A stretch of DNA of 64,000 nucleotides from a candidate division WOR-3 bacterium. Lineage in GTDB: Bacteria; Hydrothermota; Tepidihabitantia; Tepidihabitantales; Tepidihabitantaceae. Made by a program: the position numbers and the translations under genes. The stretch covers positions 1,024-65,023 of the forward strand of contig JAOABP010000006.1 of the NCBI GenBank assembly GCA_026418295.1, given 5' to 3'. The notes under the pieces were generated by a model, which worked only from the letters and a program-made list of their open reading frames with translations, made no database searches and had not been told where the DNA came from. Below are positions 62,924-64,000 of this stretch, piece by piece; position 1 is the first letter of the stretch, and each line of letters starts with the position of its first letter.

Positions 62924-64000
62924 TTTCCCGAGCCGGCGGGCTTTAGCTGGTGATAAAGGTTGATCAGCCGGTCAATGATTGCAGGCCAGGAGTAGTTGCG
63001 CTGGATGTGTTCGTAACCGCCCTCTGCCAGGTTACGGGCAAGTCCGGGATTTTCCAGCAGGCGGGCAATTGCCCGGGCGAGCGCCTCCGGGTCCGCAGGC
63101 GGTACCGTCAGTCCGGTTTTGCCGTCAATTACCAGATCGGTGATCCCGCCCACTGCCGAGGCAACTACCGGTTTTTTACAGGTCATCGCCTCAATGAGCA
63201 CAACCCCCAGCCCTTCAGTGTCGCCCTTGGCATCAATTACCGCCGGCAGAACAAACAGGTCACAGCGGGCATACAGTTCCTCCAGCTGTGCCTGCGGTAC
63301 TGAGCCGTGAAACCGGACCGTCCCTTCCAGTCCGAGTTCGGCGGTCAGTTTCCGGAGGGCGGAAAGCTCCGGACCGGAGCCGACAATGTCAATGATCACC
63401 GGCAGTTTTTGCCGGAGGAGCGCTGCCGCCTGAATCAGATACCGGACTCCCTTGCGCTCCACCAGCCTGCCGACAAACAGAATATGTCTTTCACCGTTGA
63501 CACCGGGTTCAGACGAACGGGCCGGTTCGCCCACCGTGGCGCCGAACGGGATGATGTCCACCTGCCGGTTAAAGATCTCCTGGATCGCCCGGACCGTATG
63601 GGTGGAGTTGGCGGTTACCCGGTCTGCCCGGCTGATCGCCCAGCGCAGAAACGGACGCAGAATTCTGAACTTGTGCCGGACCGCCATCAGCTCTGCACCG
63701 TGAAAGCTGATCACAATCGGCGCACCGCAGGCCTTTGCCCCTGCCCAGCCGAAAAGAAAGTGGGGCAGGGGCCAGTGGACATGGATGATGTCAAATTTCT
63801 CCTTCCGGCAGAGCCGCCAGCAGGCGAGGGTGCCGAAGAAAAGATAAAAGACCGCCAGCAGTTTGTTTAAGATCCCCTTCTGTACCCGGTCAATTGCGGT
63901 CTCATCGTGAGTCAATTTTTCCCAGCGGGCGAAAAAGTAACGGAAACGTTTGACCGGTGTGCCGAAGATGATCTGGTCCCCCAGACCGGCATAGGCGGAG
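62920..64000 (-). CDS. GT4-family (GT-B) glycosyltransferase, 5' end beyond the window
   Basis: C-terminal EGLGVVLIEAMTCKKPVVASAVGGITDLVIDGKTG (E-x7-E region). My hand translation shows the frame stays open upstream of the ORF-track TTG at 63915 through base 64000 (...SAYAGLGDQIIFGTPVKRFRYFFARWEKLTHDE...). Confidence 0.8.
   Translation of the reverse strand, partial: SAYAGLGDQIIFGTPVKRFRYFFARWEKLTHDETAIDRVQKGILNKLLAVFYLFFGTLACWRLCRKEKFDIIHVHWPLPHFLFGWAGAKACGAPIVISFHGAELMAVRHKFRILRPFLRWAISRADRVTANSTHTVRAIQEIFNRQVDIIPFGATVGEPARSSEPGVNGERHILFVGRLVERKGVRYLIQAAALLRQKLPVIIDIVGSGPELSALRKLTAELGLEGTVRFHGSVPQAQLEELYARCDLFVLPAVIDAKGDTEGLGVVLIEAMTCKKPVVASAVGGITDLVIDGKTGLTVPPADPEALARAIARLLENPGLARNLAEGGYEHIQRNYSWPAIIDRLINLYHQLKPAGSGK

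Noticed and set aside
1-64000. Search for CRISPR arrays, rRNA, transposases, integrases, reverse transcriptases, prophage genes, and classic toxin-antitoxin or restriction-modification pairs.
   Set aside because: I saw no spaced direct-repeat arrays, and no ORF with DDE, tyrosine/serine recombinase, RT (YxDD) or methyltransferase motifs. The only nuclease-like accessory gene is the degenerate HNH-like ORF, which is reported as a finding.

Overview
This is a bacterial chromosomal window with no rRNA, CRISPR array, transposase or integrase that I could recognise. T9SS-type C-terminal sorting domains, PorV-like barrels and a SusC-like TonB-dependent barrel suggest an uncultivated diderm of an FCB-like lineage (inference). 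The promoters I can read are nevertheless canonical TTGACA/TATAAT. Positions 1-14.05 kb (+ strand) hold a textbook translation/transcription block: tRNA-Thr/Tyr/Gly/Thr, tuf, rpmG, tRNA-Trp, secE, nusG, rplKAJL, rpoBC, rpsLG. It stops without fusA. Positions 14.08-31.9 kb (- strand) hold housekeeping genes (recJ, radA, dnaB, coaBC, rpoZ, gmk, yicC, dtd, lepB). Mixed in are a GT39+TPR glycosyltransferase, two tandem EIIA-fused ion-transporter-superfamily permease paralogues flanking a USP-like gene, a PIN/TRAM protein, a Cys-less DJ-1-like protein and a cluster-less HemW-like protein. Positions 32-37 kb (+ strand) hold acpP, fabF, a lone etfB, coaE, a PyrE-like phosphoribosyltransferase with extra domains, and a zinc-ribbon/HNH-like protein. 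Positions 37-44 kb hold hisS, vanZ and a lone V-ATPase D-subunit gene, a beta-propeller lipoprotein, and a barrel-like/DUF4097/trxA/glcD-like operon. Positions 44-57.9 kb are the most unusual part. They form an envelope locus built from T9SS cargos (a C11 protease and two paralogues with an unassigned ~400-aa domain), two PorV-like barrels (one fused to carboxypeptidase-regulatory-like domains), a SusC-like TonB-dependent barrel and an unknown lipoprotein. Positions 57.9-64 kb hold a GT39 / YfhO / flippase-like / GT4 glycosylation operon that runs off the window. All calls come from reading the translations and DNA by eye; no searches were run.
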